Positions 46,101-56,637 of a stretch of DNA of 64,000 nt are shown here, in pieces. The translations under genes were made by a program, and so were the position numbers. Source of the DNA: Candidatus Omnitrophota bacterium (GTDB taxonomy: Bacteria > Omnitrophota > Gorgyraeia > Zapsychrales > JANLHA01); assembly GCA_020632535.1 (NCBI GenBank), contig JACKFJ010000001.1:346890-410889 (forward strand), written 5' to 3'. The notes beneath the pieces were generated by a model. That model was not told the DNA's origin. It searched no databases and saw only the letters and a list, made by a program, of their open reading frames with translations. The stretch's first letter is position 1. Each line of letters begins with the position of its first letter.

Positions 46101-47245
46101 GAAGGCTGGGAGTTTGTATTAGTAGTCGCAAAGTCACGTTTTTTCTTTTTTGTCTGGCGAATGTAACAATTTCGTTTAATTTTGCGGCTTTGGCTGCAGC
46201 AGTACCTCTGATGAGCAAGGGACTGCAGCAAAGCGAAAATGTTGTTTCTCAGATTTCCGCGTATTACATGATTCCATATGGAATCGGCGCGCTTATCTAC
46301 GCGCCTTTAGCGCGAATGATAAGCGTAAAGTGGATTCTCGCGGTCGCGATGGCGGTGTATGGAATTTTAAGTTTTGTTTGCGCGCTAAATTCGTCAATTA
46401 CGATCATTCTCGGAACTCGAGTTGTGATGGGTTTAGCGGCAGCGTGCGTAATTCCTTTATGTTTGATTTCAGTGGGAAGCATATTTGAAAAAGATGTTCG
46501 TGGCCGCATGGTCGGTTTATTTTTCTCGACGAGCTTTATCGCGTCTGTTGCCGGCATAGCTGTTAGTGGATTGTGTGATTGGCGCTGGCTGTTTATTGTG
46601 CCGGGCATTTTGGGTATTGTGACTGCCATTTTTATGGTATATGGCGCCCAAGCCATTCTAAAAGTAGGGCAGCTGCCCCCAGTTGATTATTTGCGAGTTT
46701 GGCGACAAAAGAGTGTCAGAAATATTTTGTTGTTTATTTTTGTGTTGAGCTTTTTGTATCACGGGATTCATAAATGGCTCGCGGTTTATTTACATCGTCA
46801 ATACGGATTAGAGCAGTGGGCCATTAGCGCGCTTTTTATTCTCATCGCGTTGACCGGCGCGGTTGGGCAAAATGTGGGCGGATATATCACGGATCATCTT
46901 GGCCGTCGTGTGGCGTGTTATTGGGGTGTGATGATTTTAGCGGCGGCGACCGTATTACTCTTCGGAAAATATTCTTTATTTATTTTAGCGGGTATTTTAG
47001 CGGTATTTTCGATGGGTTGGGCGCTTGGGCATAATGGGATTTCAACGGTTTTGACGGACTTTCCCGACGAGAACCGCAGCGAAATCGCCGGATTGAACTC
47101 CGCGATACGCTTTTTTAGCGGCGGCTTAGGGTTTTTTGTTGGTGGGCCGTTTGTCGAAAGGAACATTGCGCTCACGTTTTGTGGATTTGGCATTGTCATG
47201 TTTTTGTCTTCGTTTTTTGTTAAGAAAATTATACCGAAATCATAA
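46097..47245 (+). CDS. MFS transporter
   Basis: About 12 TM helices. MFS loop motif-like GRMVGLFF. The start (ATG 46097 or TTG 46091) lies inside the last degenerate 23-nt repeat. Confidence 0.8.
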   Translation: MRRLGVCISSRKVTFFLFCLANVTISFNFAALAAAVPLMSKGLQQSENVVSQISAYYMIPYGIGALIYAPLARMISVKWILAVAMAVYGILSFVCALNSSITIILGTRVVMGLAAACVIPLCLISVGSIFEKDVRGRMVGLFFSTSFIASVAGIAVSGLCDWRWLFIVPGILGIVTAIFMVYGAQAILKVGQLPPVDYLRVWRQKSVRNILLFIFVLSFLYHGIHKWLAVYLHRQYGLEQWAISALFILIALTGAVGQNVGGYITDHLGRRVACYWGVMILAAATVLLFGKYSLFILAGILAVFSMGWALGHNGISTVLTDFPDENRSEIAGLNSAIRFFSGGLGFFVGGPFVERNIALTFCGFGIVMFLSSFFVKKIIPKS

Positions 47246-47257
47246 AGGGGGAATGAA

Positions 47258-48031
47258 ATGGTTAATCTCAAGGGAAAGAACGCGATTATTACCGGAGCCA
47301 GCAAAGGGATTGGTAAGGCGGTGGCGATGCGCTTGGCCGAGAATGGAATTAATATTGCCATTGCTGCGCGTACCAAAGGACCGCTGGATGAAGCGGTCGC
47401 TGATATCAAAAGCAAGACTGGTGTTAAGGTTATTGGCATTGTGACCGATGTTGCCAAAATGGCAGATTTAGAAAATTTGGTAAATACAGCGATGAAAGAG
47501 TTTGGGCATATTGATATTCTTGTTAATAATGCGGGAGTTTCTAGCCAATATCTTTTCGAGAAGCAGCCGATCGAAGAATTTGAAAAACTTGTATACACCA
47601 ATTATCTTGGATATATCCGCATGATCAAATTGCTTATCGATCATTTTGTTGCCCGTAAAGGCGGCTCGATTATCAATATGGTTTCTGGATCGACGTTGGT
47701 TGATCCGATTCCGCGAACATTTTTAGTTTACAGTTCGCTAAAAGTTGGTTTGCGGGCGTTTTTAAAAGGCCTGTTTTGGGAAATGCGTGATAAGGGCATT
47801 AAGGTTACATCCATTTTGCCCGGTGTTGTCGATAGTGATTTGACGGGGCATTTGCAGGATATTACGACGGAACAAAAAGACCGGCTTATGTCGCCGCAAG
47901 CCGTCGCGGATATGGTGATGTTCGCTTTATCATGTCCGGCCAACAGTTGTCCACTGGAGCTTGCTGTCATTAATCAGCAGACGCCGTGGACCAAGCCCGT
48001 GATTGACTATGCTCAGGCACAGGCTAAATGA
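47258..48031 (+). CDS. short-chain dehydrogenase/reductase (possible polyketide ketoreductase)
   Basis: TGASKGIGKAVA (TGxxxGxG), NNAG, S...YSSLK (Ser-Tyr-Lys triad). RBS aaggggg. Confidence 0.85.
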   Translation: MVNLKGKNAIITGASKGIGKAVAMRLAENGINIAIAARTKGPLDEAVADIKSKTGVKVIGIVTDVAKMADLENLVNTAMKEFGHIDILVNNAGVSSQYLFEKQPIEEFEKLVYTNYLGYIRMIKLLIDHFVARKGGSIINMVSGSTLVDPIPRTFLVYSSLKVGLRAFLKGLFWEMRDKGIKVTSILPGVVDSDLTGHLQDITTEQKDRLMSPQAVADMVMFALSCPANSCPLELAVINQQTPWTKPVIDYAQAQAK

Positions 48032-48113
48032 GCACATGATTTACACGCGATAGCGACGTAAATCAGTAGTGCGAATTTATGCCGCCTAATTGGCGGCCAA
48101 ATAGGAGAGGGAC

Positions 48114-48347
48114 ATGGACAAAACCGTATTCGTATTTCCAAAAAACAAGTTTCAAGAAATTCGTGTCGGCATCCGCGAGTATAAGGGAAATGATTTGATT
48201 GATATCCGCACTTGGACGCTGACGCAGGGATCGGAAGAAATGGTTCCGACGGCAAAAGGTGTTTCGATTAATGTAAACCTGATCGCGGATTTAAAAAAGG
48301 CTTTAGAAGAAGTTGAGAGCGAACTAAAAAAGAATAAGTTGATCTAA
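48114..48347 (+). CDS. PC4/YdbC-like ssDNA-binding family protein
   Basis: 77 aa. EIRVGIREYKGNDLIDIRTW ... PTAKGVSI resembles bacterial PC4-fold (YdbC-type) proteins. Confidence 0.5.
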   Translation: MDKTVFVFPKNKFQEIRVGIREYKGNDLIDIRTWTLTQGSEEMVPTAKGVSINVNLIADLKKALEEVESELKKNKLI

Positions 48348-48350
48348 ATT

Positions 48351-49253
48351 ATGTCAGGTATTATTGATACCCATAGTCACTATTTTCCGCCAAAAATCGC
48401 GGAGAACACCGCCTTTTTTAAAGTCGGCTGGTCTGATCTTGATCGTCAGCTTTCGATGATGGATCAATGCGGTATCGAAAAAGCTGTTCTCCTTTATCCG
48501 ACGAGTGACGCGCATTTGAATATGGGCGGGTGGGGGAATTTAGCAAAGATTTATAATGAAGCGATTGGGTCGGTTGTTAAAAAATATCCCGATCGATTTG
48601 TCGGCGCGGGTATTTTGCCGCCGGACAATGTTGGTGAAGGTTTAAAGAATGTGATGGATTTGAATTTGAAAGTGTTGTCTTTAGCGTCGAGCTATGATGG
48701 AAAATATTTAGATGATGAAAAGTTTTTTTCTGTTTATGATTTTGCCGCAAAGGAAAATGTTGCCATTCATGTGCATCCGCAAATTATAAATCCTATTGGT
48801 GATGATCGTTTGCGTGATCCATTACTTACGCCTGTTTTGGGATATGTTTTTGACGTTTCGGTGTGTTTGGGAAAGATGATGATGGCGGGTATTTTTGACA
48901 CGTTTCCAAAAGCGAAATTTATCTTTGCGCATTATGGTGGTGTCCTTCCGGTGGTCAAAGAACGTTTTGACAACACATACCAGATGCTGCGTAAGCGCAA
49001 TTATGTTAAGGACTTAGGTCGCACTCCGGGTGAGATCTTTAAGAATTTGTATTTTGACACAAGCGGGTCAAAATCATTGGCTTCGTTACTTTGCAGCTTG
49101 GAAGTCACTGATAGTCAACACATTTTGTTCGGGAGCGATTATCCCGCCAATCAGGGTTTGGGCGAGTCAATTGATGTGATTCAAAATTCGGCGATTGCCG
49201 CAAGTGCGAAGAGTCAGATTTTACGTGATAACGTCGCGCAGATTATTAAATAA
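48351..49253 (+). CDS. amidohydrolase-2 (ACMSD-type metal-dependent hydrolase/decarboxylase) family protein
   Basis: IIDTHSHYFP (HxH), HVHP, FAHYGG and FGSDYP (terminal Asp) are typical of PF04909. Confidence 0.75.
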   Translation: MSGIIDTHSHYFPPKIAENTAFFKVGWSDLDRQLSMMDQCGIEKAVLLYPTSDAHLNMGGWGNLAKIYNEAIGSVVKKYPDRFVGAGILPPDNVGEGLKNVMDLNLKVLSLASSYDGKYLDDEKFFSVYDFAAKENVAIHVHPQIINPIGDDRLRDPLLTPVLGYVFDVSVCLGKMMMAGIFDTFPKAKFIFAHYGGVLPVVKERFDNTYQMLRKRNYVKDLGRTPGEIFKNLYFDTSGSKSLASLLCSLEVTDSQHILFGSDYPANQGLGESIDVIQNSAIAASAKSQILRDNVAQIIK

Positions 49254-49425
49254 TAAAATTGCGCGGAATTAATTTGTTTTTAAGATATTTAATTTTCTGC
49301 ATTTGTTGGTCGTTTATAATTCGTGAATATTTCGATCAAATCCTCGACGGAGAACGACAGGATATAAAATATTTTCCGCAAATATAAATGTTTTAAATTT
49401 TTCTAAAATTCGTAGAAAAAAATAG

Positions 49426-49453
49426 TTGACAAAAATATTTACTCTGCTATTCT
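49426..49453 (+). promoter_or_regulatory. candidate rRNA operon promoter with A/T-rich UP-like region
   Basis: TTGACA (49426-49431), 16 nt spacer, TATTCT (49448-49453). Preceded by ttttaaatttttctaaaattcgtagaaaaaaata. Confidence 0.45.
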
Positions 49454-49458
49454 TATTG

Positions 49459-49502
49459 AACCTTTGGGAACGCCTAAAGGTTTGTTATTCGATCTTTGAC
49501 AT
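49459..49502 (+). promoter_or_regulatory. rRNA leader antitermination-like elements: boxB-like hairpin plus boxA-like sequence
   Basis: Hairpin aaccttt/aaaggtt (49459-49482), then gatctttgacat (49491-49502). This shares TCTTTGACA with the 16S-23S spacer element at 51593-51604. Confidence 0.5.
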
Positions 49503-49548
49503 CTTTTTATCATGCATTACCCGAAGATTTAATTGATTTAGCCAAAGT

Positions 49549-51095
<1,547 letters not shown>

Positions 51096-51285
51096 CTTTT
51101 TTTTATCGTCGCAAGGCGAGAGAGAAGGAAAACCAGTCTTATGTGTACGGACAAACCATCAGTCAATTGATGGGAGTTTTAATTGAGTAAATGAAAGAGC
51201 GTTTTGGAGCAAATTGCTTCAAAACACTTGGCTAGTTTTATTTGGTAATGCAAAATCATGGGTTAGTTAGGGCCAAAATTTTCGG

Positions 51286-51362
51286 GGGCCCATAGCTCAG
51301 TTGGTTAGAGCACCGTCTTGATAAGGCGGGTGTCAGTGGTTCAACTCCACTTGGGCCCACCA
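51286..51362 (+). tRNA. tRNA-Ile (anticodon GAT), CCA encoded
   Basis: Cloverleaf by hand: acceptor gggccca/tgggccc, D arm gctc..gagc, anticodon loop ttGATaa, T arm agtgg ttcaact ccact, then a-cca. Confidence 0.95.
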
Positions 51363-51441
51363 ATTTTTCAGCGGTGATCGTTGCATATGTCGTGGTAATG
51401 CATTGCCCCACTGGAGAATCAACTTCACGTTGAAATAACTT

Positions 51442-51514
51442 GGGGCTGTAGCTCACCTGGTAGAGCACCTGCTTTGCAAGCAGGGGGTAAGGAGTTCGAT
51501 CCTCCTCAGCTCCA
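51442..51514 (+). tRNA. tRNA-Ala (anticodon TGC), CCA not encoded
   Basis: Acceptor ggggctg/cagctcc with the G3:U70 identity pair, anticodon loop ttTGCaa, T arm aggag ttcgatc ctcct. Confidence 0.95.
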
Positions 51515-51567
51515 CTTTTTCTATCAGTTAAGCTATAAAAATGATAAAAAGATCAATATAGAATTTT

Positions 51568-51638
51568 GGGACTACCGTAAGGTAGTCCCACTTGTTCTTT
51601 GACAGTTATGGAATAAAAGGGTAACAATGAATCGAGAA
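51568..51638 (+). promoter_or_regulatory. spacer boxB-like hairpin, boxA-like element and the 5' strand of the 23S processing stem
   Basis: gggactacc gtaa ggtagtccc (51568-51589). tgttctttgaca (51593-51604). cagttatggaataaaagggtaa (51603-51624) is perfectly complementary to 55354-55375, and gaatcgagaa (51629-51638) pairs with ttcttgattc (55341-55350). Confidence 0.7.
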
Positions 51639-53628
51639 TGGTTTACCATAGTTTGTGATCAAATTATTAAGAGTATACGATGAATGACTTGGCAGACTAA
51701 GGCGATGAAGGACGTGATAAGCAGCGATATGCTTCGGGGAGCCGCAAATAGGCTTTGATCCGGAGATTTCCGAATGGGGCAACCCCGTTAGGGTTATACC
51801 TAACGATGGCTCTCTGAATACATAGGAGAGATCAAGCGAAACGCTGAGAATTGAAACATCTAAGTATCAGCAGGAATAGAAACCGAAAGGGATTCCCCCA
51901 GTAGCGGCGAGCGAAAAGGGAAAAGGCTAAACCTTACAGTTTACTGTGAGGGGTTGTGGGGCCTCAATATGGGATTGTTTAGTGGTAGGCGAAGCGGCTG
52001 GAAAACCGCACCATAGGAAGTGAAAGTCTTGTAGCCGAAATTACTAAGCACCTTAGAGGTACCCCAAGTACTACGGGGCACGGGAAATTCCGTAGGAATC
52101 TGGCCCGACCATGGGCTAAGCCTAAATACTAAAGTCTGACCGAAAGGGAACTAGTACCGTGAGGGAACGTTGAAAAGAACCCCGGCGAGGGGAGTGAAAT
52201 AGAACCTGAAATTGTATACTTACAAGCTGTCAGAGGCCTATGCATACCTTCGGGTATGAATGGCTGATGGCGTACCTTTTGCATAATGGACCGACGAGTT
52301 ATTATATCGTGCAAGCTTAAAGGCTTATGGCCTGTAGGCGCAGCGAAAGCGAGTCTGATAAGGGCGACAATAAGTACGATATAACAGACCCGAAACCAGG
52401 TGATCTATCCATGGCCAGGTTGAAGCTGTGAGAAATCTCAGTGGAGGACCGAACCCATAAACGTTGAAAAGTTTAGGGATGAGCTGTGGATCGGAGTGAA
52501 AGGCTAATCAAACTTGGAAATTGCTGGTTCTCCCCGAAATAGTTCTAGGACTAGCCTCGGGAAATATCATGATAGGGGTAGAGTTACTGAATAGGCTAGG
52601 GGGCTTACCAGCCTGCCAAACCTAACCAAACTCCAAATACTATCATGTTTTAACCGGGAGTTAGACATTGGGGGCTAAGCTTCAATGTCGAGAGGGAAAC
52701 AGCCCAGACCATCGACTAAGGTCCCAAATATCATCTAAGTGGTAAAGGAAGTGGAATCACATAAACAGCCAGGATGTTGGCTCAGAGGCAGCCATCATTT
52801 AAAGAGTGCGTAACAGCTCACTGGTCGAGTGACTTCGCGCCTAAAATGAACGGGGCTCAAGATGATAACCGAAGTCATGGCTTTTATCTTTCTTCGGAAA
52901 GAAAAGGGGTAGGGGAGCGTAACGTCAAGCGTTGAAGGTGTACCGTAAGGAGCACTGGAGTAGACGTTAGTGATACTGTCGGTATGAGTAGCGAAAACTA
53001 TGGCGAGAAACCATAGCGTCGAAAATCTAAGGTTTCCTGGGGAAGGTTAATCCACCCAGGGTTAGTCGATCCTAAGTTGAGGCCGAAAGGCGTAAGCGAT
53101 GGATATCTGGTTAATATTCCAGAACCGGCTATGAACGTTATCAGCTTAGTGTGACGCAGTGGGCTAGTTACGCGGGGTGTTGGATGTCCCCGTTTGGGCT
53201 AATAGTCCTGTTTAATCGCAGGATGAGGAGCTTGACAACCTGCGGCTACGGCCAAAGGAATGGTAATGAGGCTAGGCTGTCAAGAAAAACCACTAAGTGA
53301 GTATCATAGCTGATCGTACCGTAACCCGACACAGGTAGATGATCATAGAATGATAAGACGCTCGAGAGAAATGTCTCTAAGGAACTAGGCAAAATGACCC
53401 CGTAACTTCGGGAAATGGGGTGCCTGATTGGTCAAGTCCCTCGCGGATGTAGCCATGATGGTCACAGTAAAGAGGCCCGGTCGACTGTTTAGTAAAAACA
53501 CATCACTTTGCTAACTCGAAAGAGAACGTATAAGGTGAGACACCTGCCCAGTGCTGGAAGGTTAACGGGAGAGGTCAGCGCAAGCGAAGCTTCGAACCGA
53601 AGCCCCAGTAAACGGCGGCCGTAACTAT

Positions 53629-54341
53629 AGACAAGACCAACTGTAGTTGTAAAATTTGGCTATATGCTGGAACGTCCTGTTAAGCTGATCGTACGCGCCT
53701 TCATTGAAAGGATGCGTGACAATCGATTAGATAGGGATAATCAGCAGGAAAGGTCTGAAAATGAATCCAGAAATCGGATATTACCTTGCCGGTTTTGCGG
53801 ATGGAGAAGGAAGTTTTAATATTTCTTTTCGCCGCAGGCAAGATTATAAAATTCCATGGAAAATTTCTCTGTGTTTTAATATTTCCCAAAAAGATAAAGT
53901 TATCTTGGCTTTATACAAACATCATTTAGGATGCGGTACGTTACGCGGTAGGCCTGACGGTGTTTGGTATTATGAGGTCAATAACTTCAATGCCATCCGA
54001 GAAAAGGTAATACCTTTTTTCAAAAAATATCATTTTCTTTCTGCAAAGAAGAAACGCGATTTTGCGAAATTCTGCCAAGCCGTAGAAATGATAGAACAAG
54101 GCAAACATCTGCACTATGAAGGTATAAAGGAAGTATTAGAATTACGAAGAGAAATGAACGACGGAGGGAAACGCAAATTCAGTGAAAATGATATCCTCCG
54201 CGCTTTTCAGAAATCCTCAGAGACTATACGCCAAATCCCATCGCAAGATGGGAATGATATAGTCCGATCTTCAGAGAAATCTGAAGTCATCAAAGTAAGA
54301 ATTGATGAGCAGGGTTAAAAGTAACCTTGTTAACATAAATG
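53629..54341 (+). mobile_element. group I intron at the 23S U1917 (E. coli numbering) site
   Basis: The 5' exon ends in U (53628) and the intron ends in G (54341). Removing 53629-54341 restores ccgtaactataacggtcctaaggtagcg. A candidate internal guide gtagttgt (53643-53650) pairs with exon gtaactat (53621-53628), giving a U:G pair at the splice site. Carries a LAGLIDADG ORF. Confidence 0.85.
53761..54318 (+). CDS. LAGLIDADG homing endonuclease (single-motif, I-CreI-like size)
   Basis: YLAGFADGEGSFNISF motif at residues 8-23. 185 aa, with a basic C-terminal half. Located entirely within the 23S intron. Confidence 0.85.
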   Translation: MNPEIGYYLAGFADGEGSFNISFRRRQDYKIPWKISLCFNISQKDKVILALYKHHLGCGTLRGRPDGVWYYEVNNFNAIREKVIPFFKKYHFLSAKKKRDFAKFCQAVEMIEQGKHLHYEGIKEVLELRREMNDGGKRKFSENDILRAFQKSSETIRQIPSQDGNDIVRSSEKSEVIKVRIDEQG

Positions 54342-55397
54342 AACGGTCCTAAGGTAGCGAAATTCCTTGTGGGGTAAGTTCCCACGCGCACGAATGGTGT
54401 AACGAATTGGGCGCTGTCTCGGAGACATACTCGGTGAAATTGTAGCGGCGGTGAAGATGCCGTCTACCCGCACCAAGACGAAAAGACCCCAGAACCTTTA
54501 CTGCATTCTGGTATTGAGTTTTGGTCCTATTTGTGTAGGATAGGTGGGAGGCTTTGAAGCTCGGGCGCTAGCTCGGGCAGAGCCAACGGTGAAATACCAC
54601 CCTGATAGTATTAGAATTCTAATCCTGTCCCGTGAAACCGGGCAGGCAACAGTGCCAGATGGGCAGTTTGACTGGGGCGGTTCCCTTCTAAAGAATAACG
54701 AAGGGGTTCAAAGGTCTCCTCATGACGGTTGGCAATCGTCAGTAGAGTGTAAAGGCATAAGGAGGCTTAACTGCGAGTCCGACAGGACGAGCAGATACGA
54801 AAGTAGGACTTAGTGATCCGGTGGTTGGTCATGGGACTGCCATCGCTCAACGAACAATAGGTACTCTGGGGATAACAGGCTGATCGCGCTCGAGAGTTCA
54901 TATCGACAGCGCGGATTGGCACCTCGATGTCGGCTCATCCTATCCTGGGGCTGTATAAGGTCCCAAGGGTCCGGCTGTTCGCCGGTTAAAAGGGTACGTG
55001 AGCTGGGTTTAGAACGTCGTGAGACAGTTCGGTCTCTATCTGGTGTGGGCGTGTGATACTTGAAGGGGAGATCTTCTTAGTACGAGAGGACCGGAAGATA
55101 CGAACCACTGGTGTTCCAGTTATCCTGCCAAGGGTAATGGCTGGGTAGCCAAGTTCGGAATGGATAAGCGCTGAATGCATATAAGTGCGAAACCAACCCC
55201 AAGATAAGGTATCGATTCTGCGTAAGCAGAGAGAGGCTCCTTGTAGACTACAAGGTTGATAGGCTGCGAGTGTAAGTTCTGAAAGGAATTCAGCTAAGCA
55301 GTACTAATAAGCCGAGAGTTTGATCACTTAAAAAAGCTTTTTCTTGATTCGTTTTACCCTTTTATTCCATAACTGAAAATTTCATGAAACGGAATTT

Positions 55398-55459
55398 TCA
55401 TTGCAAAGTTAAAGTGTGTAGCAATCTAAATTGCTTCGTCATTTCGTTCTTCGCAATGA
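55398..55459 (-). repeat. family-B repeat element in the 23S-5S spacer
   Basis: The reverse complement reads cattgcgaagaac..gacgaagcaa..ttagattgctac. The same three blocks occur in forward orientation at 62665-62717. Termini tcattgca / tcgcaatga are inverted. Confidence 0.65.
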
Positions 55460-55467
55460 TAGATATA

Positions 55468-55584
55468 TTCCGGTAACATTGCTGAAGGGGCAACACCCGT
55501 TCCCATACCGAATACGGAAGTTAAGCCCTTCGAGGTCGATGGTACTTTAGTCGCAAGGCTACGGGAGAGTAGAACGTTACCGGT
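55468..55584 (+). rRNA. rrf: 5S ribosomal RNA
   Basis: ccggtaac...gttaccgg terminal helix. cccgttcccataccgaatacggaagttaagc and ggtactttagtcgcaaggctacgggagagtag match conserved 5S blocks. Confidence 0.9.
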
Positions 55585-55591
55585 TTAATTT

Positions 55592-55625
55592 AACCCTGCA
55601 TCAGAAATGATGCAGGGTTTTTTAT
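55592..55625. terminator. bidirectional rho-independent terminator (rRNA operon and the convergent minus-strand gene)
   Basis: aaccctgcatc agaaa gatgcagggtt stem-loop, flanked by a T-run on the + strand and an A-rich stretch upstream. Confidence 0.7.
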
Positions 55626-55631
55626 TTGTAT

Positions 55632-56129
55632 TTAGGAACTTGTTTGCGGTAAAGTTGGTTGACGAAACGCGTAGAGAAATGTGGTGATATAAGAGGGTAA
55701 ATGCAAAATCAGGATAATGTTAATGACAGATAAAGCAATTCGGATATCTGTATGGAACAGTGCTTGTATTTGTTTGACATCAAAGTTGTGGCCAACAAAG
55801 ATTAAAATGATTCGAAACAGAAAAAACCATTGCCATGTTTTGCGAGAAAAAAATCGCTCGATATGTACCGCGTGAGTGGGTTTGAGAAAACAATAAAAGG
55901 GGATAATCGCGAGGATGTCAAAAAGCACTGCGACGATATTGAGCAAATACCCGACGAGAAAAACCGAATCAAAACTGATTAAGATCGTGTAGTAGAGCCG
56001 AGGTGGTGAGCTGGGTTGAAGAAAGTAAAACCCTCCGCTTACACAAGCAAAAACATATAGCAGTAAAAAAATGGTCCAGAACCAACTTGGCTTTTTTTGC
56101 ATGCGGTATATTAGCATAAAAAAGTTCAA
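55632..56129 (-). CDS. small integral membrane protein, function unknown
   Basis: The only convincing minus-strand gene in the window. Has 4-5 hydrophobic helices. Its 3' end abuts the bidirectional terminator. Confidence 0.6.
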   Translation of the reverse strand: MNFFMLIYRMQKKPSWFWTIFLLLYVFACVSGGFYFLQPSSPPRLYYTILISFDSVFLVGYLLNIVAVLFDILAIIPFYCFLKPTHAVHIERFFSRKTWQWFFLFRIILIFVGHNFDVKQIQALFHTDIRIALSVINIILILHLPSYITTFLYAFRQPTLPQTSS

Positions 56130-56173
56130 ATTTTTCTTTGCGAAAAATAAATTGTTTGTGGTACTATTAAACC

Positions 56174-56566
56174 ATGCAACAGGAGTTAGATAATATCATT
56201 ATGAGCATCTGTGAGAAAGATTCCCGCTACAATGAGGACGCATACGAATTTGTCCTTGAATCCTTAGCCTATACCCAAAAGAAATTTAAGCGTCCAAAGC
56301 ATGTCAGCGGCAAGGAGCTTTTGGATGGTATTAAGGAACTCATGATGGAGCAGTACGGGCCGATGACTCTGCCTGTTCTAAAGCATTGGGGCATTAAGAG
56401 TACCGAGGATTTTGGCCATATTGTTTTTAACCTTCTGGAAAACAAAGTTCTCAGCAAGACGGAAGAGGACAATCTCGAAGATTTCAAAAATGTTTATGAT
56501 TTTGATGTTGTTTTTGACAAAGGTTATCGCCACAAATTAAACCGCAAGATTAGCCGTTTGCGTTAA
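56174..56566 (+). CDS. conserved hypothetical protein (resembles the Planctomycetes/Verrucomicrobia-restricted Minf_1886-type family)
   Basis: DSRYNEDAYEFVLESL ... HVSGKELLDGIKELMMEQYGPM ... WGIKSTEDFGHIVFNLLENKVLSKTEEDNLEDF matches the pattern I recall for that family. Confidence 0.55.
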   Translation: MQQELDNIIMSICEKDSRYNEDAYEFVLESLAYTQKKFKRPKHVSGKELLDGIKELMMEQYGPMTLPVLKHWGIKSTEDFGHIVFNLLENKVLSKTEEDNLEDFKNVYDFDVVFDKGYRHKLNRKISRLR

Positions 56567-56593
56567 AAATAAAGGTTAAAGAGTAAATTTAAA

Positions 56594-56625
56594 GACAGGG
56601 TTGACATAACCTTGTCTTTTTCTTT
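56594..56625 (+). terminator. rho-independent terminator
   Basis: gacagggtt gacat aaccttgtc (one G:U pair) followed by ttttctttac. Confidence 0.5.
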
Positions 56626-56637
56626 ACTATTAAATTG

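Larger units (their letters stand above)
51656..55326 (+). rRNA. rrl: 23S ribosomal RNA, interrupted by a 713-nt group I intron (exons 51656-53628 and 54342-55326)
   Basis: The 5' tgatcaaa pairs with the 3' tttgatca (helix 1). ggcgatgaaggacg near the 5' end. Helix-69 sequence ggccgtaactat|aacggtcc is split. Downstream ggataacaggctgat, the sarcin-ricin loop agtacgagaggaccgg, and gtactaata near the 3' end. Confidence 0.95.

Noticed and set aside
46918-47601. 227-aa minus-strand ORF spanning the MFS/SDR junction
   Set aside because: It is antisense to two genes with clear family motifs (an MFS transporter and an SDR with TGxxxGxG and YxxxK). Its translation is low-complexity (Pro/Ala/Ile/Ser-rich) with no motif. 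It is the typical shadow ORF of a + strand coding region.
53629-54341. 23S insertion interpreted as an RNase III-excised intervening sequence (IVS), giving fragmented 23S
   Set aside because: The insertion has U/G splice-boundary nucleotides and a guide sequence able to form P1 with a U:G pair. It sits at the helix-69 U1917 site, a known intron position, and carries a homing endonuclease. IVSs are usually simple extended hairpins replacing helix 25 or 45.
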